Origin: Gammaproteobacteria bacterium
Lineage (GTDB): Bacteria > Pseudomonadota > Gammaproteobacteria > Ga0077536
Assembly: GCA_963854885.1 (NCBI GenBank)
Contig: CAWLAW010000001.1
Coordinates: 1 to 37,391 of the forward strand
Length of the DNA: 37,391 bases
Reading direction: 5' to 3'
Each line of letters begins with the position of its first letter. Positions within the stretch are counted from its first letter, which is position 1. The notes under the pieces are model-generated. The model was not told where the DNA came from, did not search any database, and saw only the letters and a program-made list of their open reading frames with translations. Shown one piece after another: positions 20,516 to 30,029 of this stretch. Both the position numbers and the translations under genes were made by a program.

Positions 20516-21323
20516 GCTTCCTGAAGTAGAAACCACTCGCCGCGGAGTCGCGCCGCTCGTCGTTGGGCGTACGGTCTCGAGTATCAATGTCCGAGAACCT
20601 CGGCTGCGTCAACCTGTACCGAATAATTTAGCAAAACTTCTGACGGGTCGAAAATTAATCGCCGTTGATCGGCGCTCTAAGTATCTCTTGTTTCGCTTCA
20701 ATACCGGCACTTTGATTGTGCATTTAGGCATGTCGGGCAGTTTACGAATTGTTGCGCCACAAACTGAGTTACGCAAACACGACCACGTCGAAATTATTTT
20801 CGATGCCGCGCATTGTTTACGCCTGCATGATCCGCGCCGCTTTGGATTGATGGTTTGGACGCGTGAGCCACCGGGCGAACATCCGCTGTTACATCACCTG
20901 GGACCCGAGCCATGGGACCCGATTTTCGATGACGCCTACCTTTATCAGTGCGCGAAGGGTCGCAAACTTGCAGTCAAGAATTTCATTATGGACGGGCGAA
21001 TCGTCGTTGGTGTAGGTAATATTTACGCAAGCGAATCGTTGCACCGCGCTGGCGTGCACCCGGCGCGGGCCGCCGGACGCGTAAGCCAGCTGCGCTTCGC
21101 AAAACTCATTGCCTCAGTACGCGAAGTGCTCGAAGAAGCGCTAGCTGTTGGCGGTACGACGTTGCGAGATTTTGTCAAAAGCGACGGGGAGCCCGGATAT
21201 TTCGCGCTAGAACTAAAAGTTTATGCGCGCGCAGGGGAGCCCTGCGGCGGTTGCGGGGAACCGATTCGGAGCACAATCATTGGCCAGCGATCGAGTTTTT
21301 ATTGTCCGCAGTGTCAACGCTAA
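20508..21323 (+). CDS. mutM: Formamidopyrimidine-DNA glycosylase (Fpg/MutM)
   Basis: GTG 20508 is followed by PELPEVETTRRG, the obligatory N-terminal catalytic Pro. C-terminal zinc finger CGGCGEPI...CPQC, and the H2TH region. Overlaps the stop of the gldG-like gene by 8 nt. The track ORF begins 10 codons upstream. Confidence 0.93.
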   Translation: MPELPEVETTRRGVAPLVVGRTVSSINVREPRLRQPVPNNLAKLLTGRKLIAVDRRSKYLLFRFNTGTLIVHLGMSGSLRIVAPQTELRKHDHVEIIFDAAHCLRLHDPRRFGLMVWTREPPGEHPLLHHLGPEPWDPIFDDAYLYQCAKGRKLAVKNFIMDGRIVVGVGNIYASESLHRAGVHPARAAGRVSQLRFAKLIASVREVLEEALAVGGTTLRDFVKSDGEPGYFALELKVYARAGEPCGGCGEPIRSTIIGQRSSFYCPQCQR

Positions 21324-21336
21324 GTTGTGCGACCGG

Positions 21337-23040
21337 TTATTTTGTCGGTAGGGTAAATACCGACGCCGCGCCTTCTCCGCGTGGATCGCTTGCGGCATCG
21401 ACTTCACCGGTCACGCGGTTCCATAATATTGCGTGCATGTTGCCATAGTTACGTGAATTTTCTTTTAACTTATGACCGCGCTGCCGTAGGTCTTGTTGCG
21501 CTTCGTCGGACAATCCGCCCAATTCAAAATGCACCTCATCGGGTAGGTATTGATGGTGGTAGCGTTTCGCCGAAACCCACGCGTCCGGTTTACGACCATC
21601 GACAAATTCGAGTAGGCCAACGAGTACCATACTAATAATTCGACTGCCGCCCGGGGTACCAAGGATGCCGACCCGGTCGTCAGTTTCTAAAAAAGTCGGA
21701 GTCATACTCGACAGTGGCCGCTTACCTGGTGCGATAGCATTAGCGCCGACCCCGACAAGGCCATAGACGTTCGGGGTTAGCGGGCGCGCCGAGAAGTCAT
21801 CCATCTCATTGTTCAACAACACGCCCGTACCTGGTGGCACAAACGCGGCCCCGAAGGGGTAATTGATACTCAGGGTCCCCGCCACGCGATTACCTTGTGC
21901 GTCGAGAACCGAGAAATGCGTTGTATCACGCCCCTTTTTTGGCTCCAGCGGGCGTAAATCACTACTTGGCGTAGCCTTTTCGATTGATAGGTCGGCGGCG
22001 AGACTTTTTCCATAAACGGAAGATACCAAACGCGCAAGGGGGATATCGGTGTGATCGGGATCACCTAAATATTCGGCGCGATCTCGGTATGCCCTGCGCA
22101 TCGCTTCGATAACAATATGGCGACGGGTATTGCTATCCATCTGACTCAGGTCAAACTCTGACAATACGTGTAAGGCCTCGGCGAGTACGACTCCGCCGGA
22201 GGACGGCGGCGGAGCTGATACGATTCTTACGCCGCGATAGTTGATTATGATCGGGTCGCGCTCAACGACGGTGTAATCTGCCAGATCGGCCATCGTCCAG
22301 ATCCCGCCGGCGGCGCGGACGCCTTCTACAAGCTTCTCGGCCAACGGCCCAGTGTAAAATCCCGGATGCGCTTGTGCACCAATAATGCGCAGCGTTGCGG
22401 CGAGATCAGCTTGCACAATCGTGTCACCGATGTCAGCCGTTCCATCGGCGCCGAGAAAAATTTTCGCGCCGTGCTTATGCTTGGCAAAAACGCCGCTACG
22501 AAACCCGGCCATTCGTTGGTAGCGAGAGGTGACAGCAAAGCCATTTTCGGCGAGTCCGACGGCGGGCGCGAGACTGGTCTCAAGCGGCAGCCGACCATAA
22601 TGCTCTGCCAGATGAACAAGACCTGCTGCGAGTCCCGGAATTCCTGCGGCGAGCGGCCCGTTAAGCGCGCGATCGCGGACAAACTCACCGTCGTCATCTA
22701 AATACATATCGTGAGTAGAGGCCGCGGGCGCTTTCTCGCGGGCGTCAACCATCGTCTGCTTGCCGTCCGCTTGGCGATGCAGCAAGTAGAATCCACCGCC
22801 GCCAATACCCGAACTGTAAGGCTCGACTACCGCGAGCGCCGCGGAGACCGCTATCGCCGCATCGAACGCGTTACCCCCTGCTTGCAAAATCTGCTGGCCC
22901 GCGGCCGTTGCCATCGGGTGGGCTGACGCCACGGCAGCTTGATTCGGAGCCGTTGCTCGAACGTCGTCCGCTTGCACCCCGATCCAAGCGACTAAACTAG
23001 AACCAATCCCTAGAACTAACAGCGCGCGTAGTTGCTTCAT
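21337..23040 (-). CDS. ggt: Gamma-glutamyltranspeptidase (periplasmic, Ntn hydrolase)
   Basis: 567 aa. Signal peptide, autoprocessing/nucleophile site GRDTTHFSV, and the GGSRII and PLSSMTP blocks. Confidence 0.93.
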   Translation of the reverse strand: MKQLRALLVLGIGSSLVAWIGVQADDVRATAPNQAAVASAHPMATAAGQQILQAGGNAFDAAIAVSAALAVVEPYSSGIGGGGFYLLHRQADGKQTMVDAREKAPAASTHDMYLDDDGEFVRDRALNGPLAAGIPGLAAGLVHLAEHYGRLPLETSLAPAVGLAENGFAVTSRYQRMAGFRSGVFAKHKHGAKIFLGADGTADIGDTIVQADLAATLRIIGAQAHPGFYTGPLAEKLVEGVRAAGGIWTMADLADYTVVERDPIIINYRGVRIVSAPPPSSGGVVLAEALHVLSEFDLSQMDSNTRRHIVIEAMRRAYRDRAEYLGDPDHTDIPLARLVSSVYGKSLAADLSIEKATPSSDLRPLEPKKGRDTTHFSVLDAQGNRVAGTLSINYPFGAAFVPPGTGVLLNNEMDDFSARPLTPNVYGLVGVGANAIAPGKRPLSSMTPTFLETDDRVGILGTPGGSRIISMVLVGLLEFVDGRKPDAWVSAKRYHHQYLPDEVHFELGGLSDEAQQDLRQRGHKLKENSRNYGNMHAILWNRVTGEVDAASDPRGEGAASVFTLPTK

Positions 23041-23054
23041 TGAAGTATTGTCTC

Positions 23055-23837
<783 letters not shown>

Positions 23838-23874
23838 TTATTTAATAATCTCGCGGCGCGCGGCCGCGCAGTAT

Positions 23875-24471
23875 TTAAACCGATAGTTGTTTTTGCACCA
23901 ACGCATATTCGACGTGCCGCGTTTGACCCTGTCGAATAATCTGCCAATTATTTTCTTGGAGGTGCAATATAGGGAGTTTTTCGCTTTCTAGATACACCCA
24001 AGCTTGTTGCTTTAAACATCCCCGCGCTAGTTCGCCGAGCATCAATTCGATGAGGCCACTTTGAAATGGCGGGTCTAAAAAAACAATATCGAATCGATAT
24101 GGGCGAAGGTCGCGTAGGAAGGTCGCGGCGTCGACATTGAAAATGTCGACATTGTCAGCGCCCAACATCTCGGCATGATGTTTTAGCGATTGGACCATAG
24201 CCAGATTGACATCGACAAGCGTTGAACTTTGCGCCCCCCGCGACAGCGCTTCAAAACCAAGCGATCCCGTGCCGGCGAAAAGGTCCAAACAACGCGCTCC
24301 ATGCAAATAAGGGGCAAGCCAATTAAACAGCGTTTCCCTTACTCGATCGGAGGTCGGGCGCAGCGTCTCGGCTGCAGCCAATGACAGTTTCCTGCCGCGC
24401 CATTTGCCAGCAATTATACGGACATGACCCGTATTAGAGCCATCGCGCTTAGGACGCTTGCTGGCGTTCAT
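23875..24471 (-). CDS. rsmD: 16S rRNA (guanine966-N2)-methyltransferase RsmD
   Basis: IIAGKWRGRKL, DLFAGTGSLGFEALSRGA (SAM motif) and the DPPF motif. Start placed at ATG 24471; the track ORF begins at TTG 24480. Confidence 0.9.
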   Translation of the reverse strand: MNASKRPKRDGSNTGHVRIIAGKWRGRKLSLAAAETLRPTSDRVRETLFNWLAPYLHGARCLDLFAGTGSLGFEALSRGAQSSTLVDVNLAMVQSLKHHAEMLGADNVDIFNVDAATFLRDLRPYRFDIVFLDPPFQSGLIELMLGELARGCLKQQAWVYLESEKLPILHLQENNWQIIRQGQTRHVEYALVQKQLSV

Positions 24472-24522
24472 GGTTCGCAAATAACAGGACGGTATTAGCC
24501 GCGGCCGATGTTTCGAGCGGTG

Positions 24523-25839
24523 CTAACCACCATCTGAATTTTTCTTGCCGACAACCACTAGCACCATTTTGTCGGGGTCCAACCGGCGCGTAAAAGCAGA
24601 GCGCACGTCGTCGACAGATACCGCCTCAACATGAGTCGAGAATGTCTTCAGGTAATCCAAGGGTAAATTATAAAAACCGATCATTGTTAAGTACTCCACG
24701 GTTTTCGAATTGCTCGAAATCCGCAATGGAAATCCGCCAATAAGGTTTTGCTTTGCTGCTTCGAGAGCGTCTACTTTCGGTCCATCGTCGATAAATTTTC
24801 TAATCTCGTTACGCAACACGGAAATTGCTTCATCAACTTGAGAGCCGTCGGTCTGCAATGAAGCGGTGAACGGCCCAAGTGCCGCCATCGGCGAGAAATG
24901 GCTACTGACGCTATATGACAGACCCCGCTTTTCGCGCACCTCGTCGAACAATATTGAAACTAAACCGCTACCGCCGAGCACATGATTACCCACCAGCAAT
25001 GGGAAATAATCGGGGTCGCCTCGTCTCATGCCGGGTTGGCCGATCCGTACATGGCTTTGGATTGACGGATGGTCGATACGTTGTTCTATCGGTGCGACCA
25101 ATTGACTGACGGTCTTTAGGTCTGCAGGTTTTTCCCCGGGTTTGAGCCCGGCGCTTAGTCGTGCGGCAAGCGCTTGGGCCTGTGCCTTATTAAGCGCACC
25201 CACGATCGCAAGAGTGGCGTTATTTGCAACATAGTAGCGCTCGCGAAACACGACCGTTTCATCGATGTTGAGCGACGCGACAGAGGCTTGTGTGCCGGAC
25301 GGCGACACAGCGTAAGGGTGGTCGCCGTAGACGGCTTTATAGAAGGCTTTGCTTGCGATCGACCCGGGTGATTGTTTATCCCGTTTAATGCTAATGAGCG
25401 CGGTCGCGCGACGCCGTTCGAATGCATCATTGTCAAATCGCGGTCGGCTCAACACCGACTGGAGGAGGCCGAGTGCCGGTTCGAGATATTGTTCTTCGGA
25501 AAGCGAACGCAATGAAATCCACGCCATGTCGCGCAATGCGCCGGTTGAGAAAATCGCGCCGGTTTGCGCAAGTTGTTCGTTAAACTCGTTTGTATCGAGA
25601 TCTCCCGCCCCTTCTTTTACAAGTTGGCTGACTATATTCGCAAGACCCGGTTTCGATGCGTCGCGTGAACTACCTGCTGAAAAGACGAAACGAATGTCGA
25701 CGATTGGAATTTCTGGCGCTGCGACAAAGAACACACGGGCACCATTTTCCGTCACCCAGTGTTCAATTTGGGGGATAGCTTGGGCGACCTGTATGAACGA
25801 TATCGCGACCGCGCAGACGAGTAACTTAATTGTTTTCAC
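24523..25839 (-). CDS. M16-family peptidase-like protein, non-catalytic partner (no HxxEH)
   Basis: 438 aa with a signal peptide and an M16 fold. At the zinc-site position it reads GLANIVSQLVKEG instead of HxxEH. Separated by only 5 nt (25840-25844) from the HxxEH-containing paralogue upstream of it in the operon. Confidence 0.82.
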   Translation of the reverse strand: MKTIKLLVCAVAISFIQVAQAIPQIEHWVTENGARVFFVAAPEIPIVDIRFVFSAGSSRDASKPGLANIVSQLVKEGAGDLDTNEFNEQLAQTGAIFSTGALRDMAWISLRSLSEEQYLEPALGLLQSVLSRPRFDNDAFERRRATALISIKRDKQSPGSIASKAFYKAVYGDHPYAVSPSGTQASVASLNIDETVVFRERYYVANNATLAIVGALNKAQAQALAARLSAGLKPGEKPADLKTVSQLVAPIEQRIDHPSIQSHVRIGQPGMRRGDPDYFPLLVGNHVLGGSGLVSILFDEVREKRGLSYSVSSHFSPMAALGPFTASLQTDGSQVDEAISVLRNEIRKFIDDGPKVDALEAAKQNLIGGFPLRISSNSKTVEYLTMIGFYNLPLDYLKTFSTHVEAVSVDDVRSAFTRRLDPDKMVLVVVGKKNSDGG

Positions 25840-25844
25840 GCGTT

Positions 25845-27185
25845 TTATTCTCCGGCACCAGGTAACAATTTTGCGATCGTCAGGCTCGCGGGGATCAAGT
25901 ATTTAGACGCGACATCGCGAACCTGTACTGGGGTCACGCGATTAATGTTTTCGACGTATTCGTCGTTCAGCCGCCAGTCCAAACCGACTGATTCCAGCGT
26001 GCCAATGATCAGTCCTTGGTAGAACATCGAATCCCGCTGATATATTCGGTCCGCGACAACCTGCGTTTTAATCCGCGCTAGCTCCGCCTGAGTCGGTGGT
26101 TCTTTTTGCAAAATTGCGATTTCGTCAATGATTGCTTCTTCGAGATCTTCCAAGCTGTGTTCTGCCGCGGGGGTCGCATGAAAGCTAAACAGGCCGGAAA
26201 GTCTCGATGTTGAGGAATAATCGGCACCGACATCGGCTGCGATGCGTTTTTCGCGCACGAGTCGTCGCGAAAGGCGCGCGCTGGGTCCCCCGTCCAAGAT
26301 CTCCATTAGTACATCGAGCGCATAAATTTCCCATTCCGGAAGGTCGCTCGATACGTCGTTCAATACCGGGGTCTTATAGCCCATGTAAAGGTGCGGAACG
26401 TGGGTTTTCTTGCTCGTAACGGTGACTGTTTTCGTGCCCTGCTGGACCACCTCCGGACGTTTGCGCATCGGCTTCACGTTTTGTCGTGCGATCGCACCGA
26501 AATGTTTAATCGCGAGCGCCTTAATGGCTTTCGGTTCGACATCGCCAACAACCACCAAAGTAGCGTTATCAGGAGCGTACCAGCGTTTGTACCAAGCACT
26601 CAGATCGCCGATTTCCATGGCTTGCAAATCGGCGGCCCATCCGACTACGGGCTGACGATAAGGGCTTGTCTGGTACGCGACAGCACGTGCCGTCTCGCCG
26701 AGCAGTGCTTGAGGATTATCATCCGTACGTAACCGGCGTTCTTCCAGAACCACGCGAATTTCGTTTTTAAACTCTTCTTCCAAAAGTAATAAATTGCGCA
26801 TTCGATCTGCTTCCAGCTCGAAACTTAAAGCGACATTTTCCGCCGCCCAAGTTTGAAAATAGGCGGTATAATCAGTGCTGGTAAAAGCGTTTTCGTTGCC
26901 GCCTTTCGCTGCAACTATTTCGGAAAATTTTCCGGGTGGGACGTTCTTCGTGCCCTTGAACATCATGTGTTCTAGCGCGTGGGAGACACCCGTTATTCCG
27001 TCGTATTCAGAGCTGGAGCCAACTTTGTACCAGATTTGCACGACCGCGACGGGTGCTCGATGATCTTCTTGGACAATTAATTTTAAGCCGTTATCCAAAA
27101 GTGATTCATGGGTACGATCTGCGGCCATCGCCTGAAACGTCGCAACAAGTAGAACCAGGGCAGACAAGCTGTCGATGTAGCGCAA
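25845..27185 (-). CDS. M16-family (pitrilysin-like) zinc metallopeptidase, catalytic subunit
   Basis: 446 aa. Inverted zinc motif HALEH within GVSHALEHMMFKGT, with a downstream E. Signal peptide. TTG start at 27185 with a GGAG 7 nt upstream. Confidence 0.85.
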   Translation of the reverse strand: MRYIDSLSALVLLVATFQAMAADRTHESLLDNGLKLIVQEDHRAPVAVVQIWYKVGSSSEYDGITGVSHALEHMMFKGTKNVPPGKFSEIVAAKGGNENAFTSTDYTAYFQTWAAENVALSFELEADRMRNLLLLEEEFKNEIRVVLEERRLRTDDNPQALLGETARAVAYQTSPYRQPVVGWAADLQAMEIGDLSAWYKRWYAPDNATLVVVGDVEPKAIKALAIKHFGAIARQNVKPMRKRPEVVQQGTKTVTVTSKKTHVPHLYMGYKTPVLNDVSSDLPEWEIYALDVLMEILDGGPSARLSRRLVREKRIAADVGADYSSTSRLSGLFSFHATPAAEHSLEDLEEAIIDEIAILQKEPPTQAELARIKTQVVADRIYQRDSMFYQGLIIGTLESVGLDWRLNDEYVENINRVTPVQVRDVASKYLIPASLTIAKLLPGAGE

Positions 27186-27349
27186 TAGTGATCTCCGGAT
27201 AAACTTTATTCGTTAATTGTGCTAGACCGCCGGCGCGGCAATTTGGTTCCGCCAATGGCACGGCTCAATGGGGATGGTAGGATATCCGATTAGCTTGCGC
27301 CGCAACACTACGGTGCTTTTTTGATTAGATAACCGAATAACGCACTCCA

Positions 27350-28282
27350 ATGTTAAAACGTTTAGTCAAAGGGATATCGCGGACACGCGATAGTCTTTTA
27401 GGTGGCCTTAAGAGCGTTCTTGGAAGAAGTACGCACATTGACGCGGCCACTATTGAAGAACTCGAATCTGCGTTGTTGCTGGCAGACTGCGGCATTGACG
27501 CAACGGACCGAATAATCTCGCAAGTTAGATCCCACCCTCTCGAGAGCGCCCAGAGCATTGTTGACGTTGTGGTCGCCCAAATGACCGACATGTTAGCGCC
27601 GTGCGAAGTCCCGCTTGAGCTGACGAGTGAATCGCCCAAGCCTTTTATTATTCTTGTGGTAGGGGTCAACGGGGCTGGAAAGACGACAACCATCGCAAAA
27701 ATCGGTCGGCGATATAAGGAATCCGGATTGAACGTTATGTTCGCCGCCGGGGACACGTTTCGGGCGGCTGCTGTAGAACAACTAGCTGAATGGGGAAAGC
27801 GCCTGGACATTCCGGTTATTGCCCAGAAAACGGGTGCGGATCCGGCGTCGGTTATCTTTGACGCCTGCACAGCAGCCACGGCACGGGGGGTCGACGTATT
27901 AATCGCCGACACTGCCGGTAGATTGCACACTCAAACCAATCTGATGGCGGAGCTTGAAAAAGTTAAACGGGTGGTGAAGAAATTCGATTCCTTTGCGCCC
28001 CATGAGACGATGCTAATCGTCGACGCGACGATGGGGCAAAACGCCCTAGCCCAGGCGAAATTATTTCATGAGCAAATTGAGCTGGATTCGATCTCGCTGA
28101 CGAAACTTGATGGCACCGCGAAAGGCGGCATTTTGTTTGCCTTGGCGACGGCATTGCGCCTGCCGATCCGGTTTATCGGAGTAGGCGAGGCGTATGATGA
28201 TTTGCAGACCTTTTCGGCGCGGGATTTCGGGCAAGCGTTACTCGCTGATTCGTCACTAGAGGGCGACGGCGCCGCGCAATGA
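27350..28282 (+). CDS. ftsY: Signal recognition particle receptor FtsY (short form, NG domains only)
   Basis: 310 aa. GTPase motifs GVNGAGKTTT, DTAGR and TKLDG. Amphipathic N-terminus MLKRLVKGI. No acidic A domain. Confidence 0.93.
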   Translation: MLKRLVKGISRTRDSLLGGLKSVLGRSTHIDAATIEELESALLLADCGIDATDRIISQVRSHPLESAQSIVDVVVAQMTDMLAPCEVPLELTSESPKPFIILVVGVNGAGKTTTIAKIGRRYKESGLNVMFAAGDTFRAAAVEQLAEWGKRLDIPVIAQKTGADPASVIFDACTAATARGVDVLIADTAGRLHTQTNLMAELEKVKRVVKKFDSFAPHETMLIVDATMGQNALAQAKLFHEQIELDSISLTKLDGTAKGGILFALATALRLPIRFIGVGEAYDDLQTFSARDFGQALLADSSLEGDGAAQ

Positions 28283-28950
28283 TCCGATTCGACAACGTTT
28301 CGAAGAATTATGGACATCAGCAAGATGCCTTAAGAAACGTAACTTTTTCAGTCGAACAAGGTGAATTTATATTCCTTACCGGGCATTCGGGCGCGGGTAA
28401 AAGTACGTTACTGCGCTTAGTCGCATTAATGGACCACGCCTCGCGAGGCGAAGTGCTCGTCGATGGTCGCAATTTGGAACGCATCCCGCGACGTGAAATT
28501 CCGTACTATCGCCGGCGCATAGGCTTTATTTTCCAAGAGCATCGACTACTACCGGATCGCAGTGTTTTCGATAACGTCGCGCTGCCCCTAGTGGTTGCTG
28601 GCCACCGTTCGTCTGAGACGCAAAAGCGCGTTAGAGCGGCGCTTGATAAAGTCGGTTTGCTGAATCGAGAAACAGCATCGCCGCGCAGTCTTTCAACCGG
28701 CGAGCAACAGAGAATTGGCATCGCTAGGGCAGTCGTCAATAGACCACAGATTTTACTCGCCGATGAACCAACGGGAAATCTGGATCCGACATTATCGCTC
28801 GAAATTCTAAAGCTGTTCGGTCAATTTAACGACGTTGGGGTGACCGTCTTAATTGCAACCCATGATTTGGAGCTGATCTGCCATTTGCACCACCGTCAAA
28901 TCGCTTTAGCGCGCGGAAAGCTCGTCGATAACAATGCGTTGGCTGGCTGA
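28279..28950 (+). CDS. ftsE: Cell division ABC transporter ATP-binding protein FtsE
   Basis: 223 aa. GHSGAGKST, LSTGEQQR and LLADEPTGNLD. ATGA overlap with ftsY. Confidence 0.95.
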   Translation: MIRFDNVSKNYGHQQDALRNVTFSVEQGEFIFLTGHSGAGKSTLLRLVALMDHASRGEVLVDGRNLERIPRREIPYYRRRIGFIFQEHRLLPDRSVFDNVALPLVVAGHRSSETQKRVRAALDKVGLLNRETASPRSLSTGEQQRIGIARAVVNRPQILLADEPTGNLDPTLSLEILKLFGQFNDVGVTVLIATHDLELICHLHHRQIALARGKLVDNNALAG

Positions 28951-28956
28951 TTCGCC

Positions 28957-29934
28957 GTGATGACAGGTACTACGCAACGTCGGGCCGCCGTGCGGCGCAC
29001 TGCGCCGCAGGCTGGTGGAGCTTGGCTACGCCAACATCGATCGTCGATTAAAGACGCGCAAGCGAATTTCCGCGCTAATCGCGGCGCGGTAATCTTGAGC
29101 GTTCTGGTAATTGGGATAACACTCGCCCTCCCGTTAGGGTTGCAGGTATTGCAAACGAACTTTTTGGTACTCGTCGGCAGTTTAGGCTCACACCCTCATG
29201 CAACCCTTTTTTTGGATCGTGACGTCTCGCACGAGCAGGCCCAGGCGATCGCCGATTCTTTGGCGCTAGATTTGCGACTCGGGGAGATCAAACTAATTGA
29301 TCGAGACGCGGCGCTCGCAGATTTCGCAGGATCGTCCGGACTCGAGAATATTCTTGCAACGCTAGCAACGAATCCGTTGCCGCACACCTTGGTTATAGCG
29401 ATCGATGGCGAGCATTTTATTGGCCAACGAGGTGATCGCTTGGAAGCCGAGTTACGCGAAATTGCTGGCGTCTCTACGGCAAAATTTGACATTACTTGGG
29501 TGCGCCGGCTGGAAGCGCTCGCTGATTTAATGTCGCGACTAGCAGTCGCTATTGCAGCGATTTTGGGGACCGGTGTCGTCCTCATAACAGGCAATACGAT
29601 TCGTGTTGGGGTTCACAGCCGACGGGACGAAATTGAAGTGACTAAGTTATGTGGTGCTACCGACGCGTTCGTCAGGCGACCCTTTCTATATAGTGGTGCA
29701 CTGCAAGGCTTTGGTGGGGCAATTATTGCTATTTTATTTGTTGCGAGTGCTTTTACGGTACTAGCGGGTCCTCTCGATAGGCTCGCGGAACTTTACGGGA
29801 CAACGATGCAACTAACGAATATTCCAGGTCCTTCTGCCGTAATCGTGCTGGTCTGCGGGGCTATATTCGGATGGCTAGGGGCGTGGATTTCGGTCTCCGT
29901 ATACCTAAGAGAAATGGAGGTTCGCGTCGGTTAA
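28957..29934 (+). CDS. ftsX: Cell division permease-like protein FtsX
   Basis: 325 aa. One TM helix, a periplasmic domain, then three C-terminal TM helices. Follows ftsE. Start is GTG 28957 or the adjacent ATG 28960. Confidence 0.9.
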   Translation: MMTGTTQRRAAVRRTAPQAGGAWLRQHRSSIKDAQANFRANRGAVILSVLVIGITLALPLGLQVLQTNFLVLVGSLGSHPHATLFLDRDVSHEQAQAIADSLALDLRLGEIKLIDRDAALADFAGSSGLENILATLATNPLPHTLVIAIDGEHFIGQRGDRLEAELREIAGVSTAKFDITWVRRLEALADLMSRLAVAIAAILGTGVVLITGNTIRVGVHSRRDEIEVTKLCGATDAFVRRPFLYSGALQGFGGAIIAILFVASAFTVLAGPLDRLAELYGTTMQLTNIPGPSAVIVLVCGAIFGWLGAWISVSVYLREMEVRVG

Positions 29935-30001
29935 GTCCGTGAAATGTACCGAAATCGCTGCCCTGTGATTGTAAGTCGTCTATCCAGCCGGCACTAGAAA
30001 C

Positions 30002-30029
30002 GGAACTTTTACGGTCATTAGCACTCTGA
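30002..30029 (+). promoter_or_regulatory. Sigma-E (RpoE/AlgU)-type promoter upstream of rpoH
   Basis: GGAACTT (30002-30008), a 16-nt spacer, then TCTGA (30025-30029). These are the same -35 and -10 elements and the same spacing as the sigma-E-dependent P3 promoter of E. coli rpoH (GAACTT-N16-TCTGA). It ends 55 nt upstream of the rpoH ATG at 30085. Confidence 0.7.

Noticed and set aside
23858-23869. 12-nt perfect palindrome GCGCGGCCGCGC (contains a NotI site) between rsmD and coaD
   Set aside because: It is a single copy in a 58-nt spacer within a co-directional operon, too short to be a terminator (no U-tract), and probably a chance GC palindrome.
25349-25906. 185-aa ORF antisense to the M16 peptidase genes
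   Set aside because: It spans the junction of two well-supported minus-strand genes. It is Ser/Arg-rich and has no recognisable domain, so it is a shadow ORF.
27256-27271. TGGCAC resembling a sigma-54 -24 element upstream of ftsY
   Set aside because: The required -12 element (TTGCA/T after 5 nt) is absent; the sequence there is AATGG.
27325-27930. 201-aa ORF antisense to ftsY
   Set aside because: It lies entirely within the strongly supported ftsY CDS on the opposite strand. Its composition is Ala/Ser/Arg-rich and low in complexity, with no motifs. This is a typical shadow ORF.
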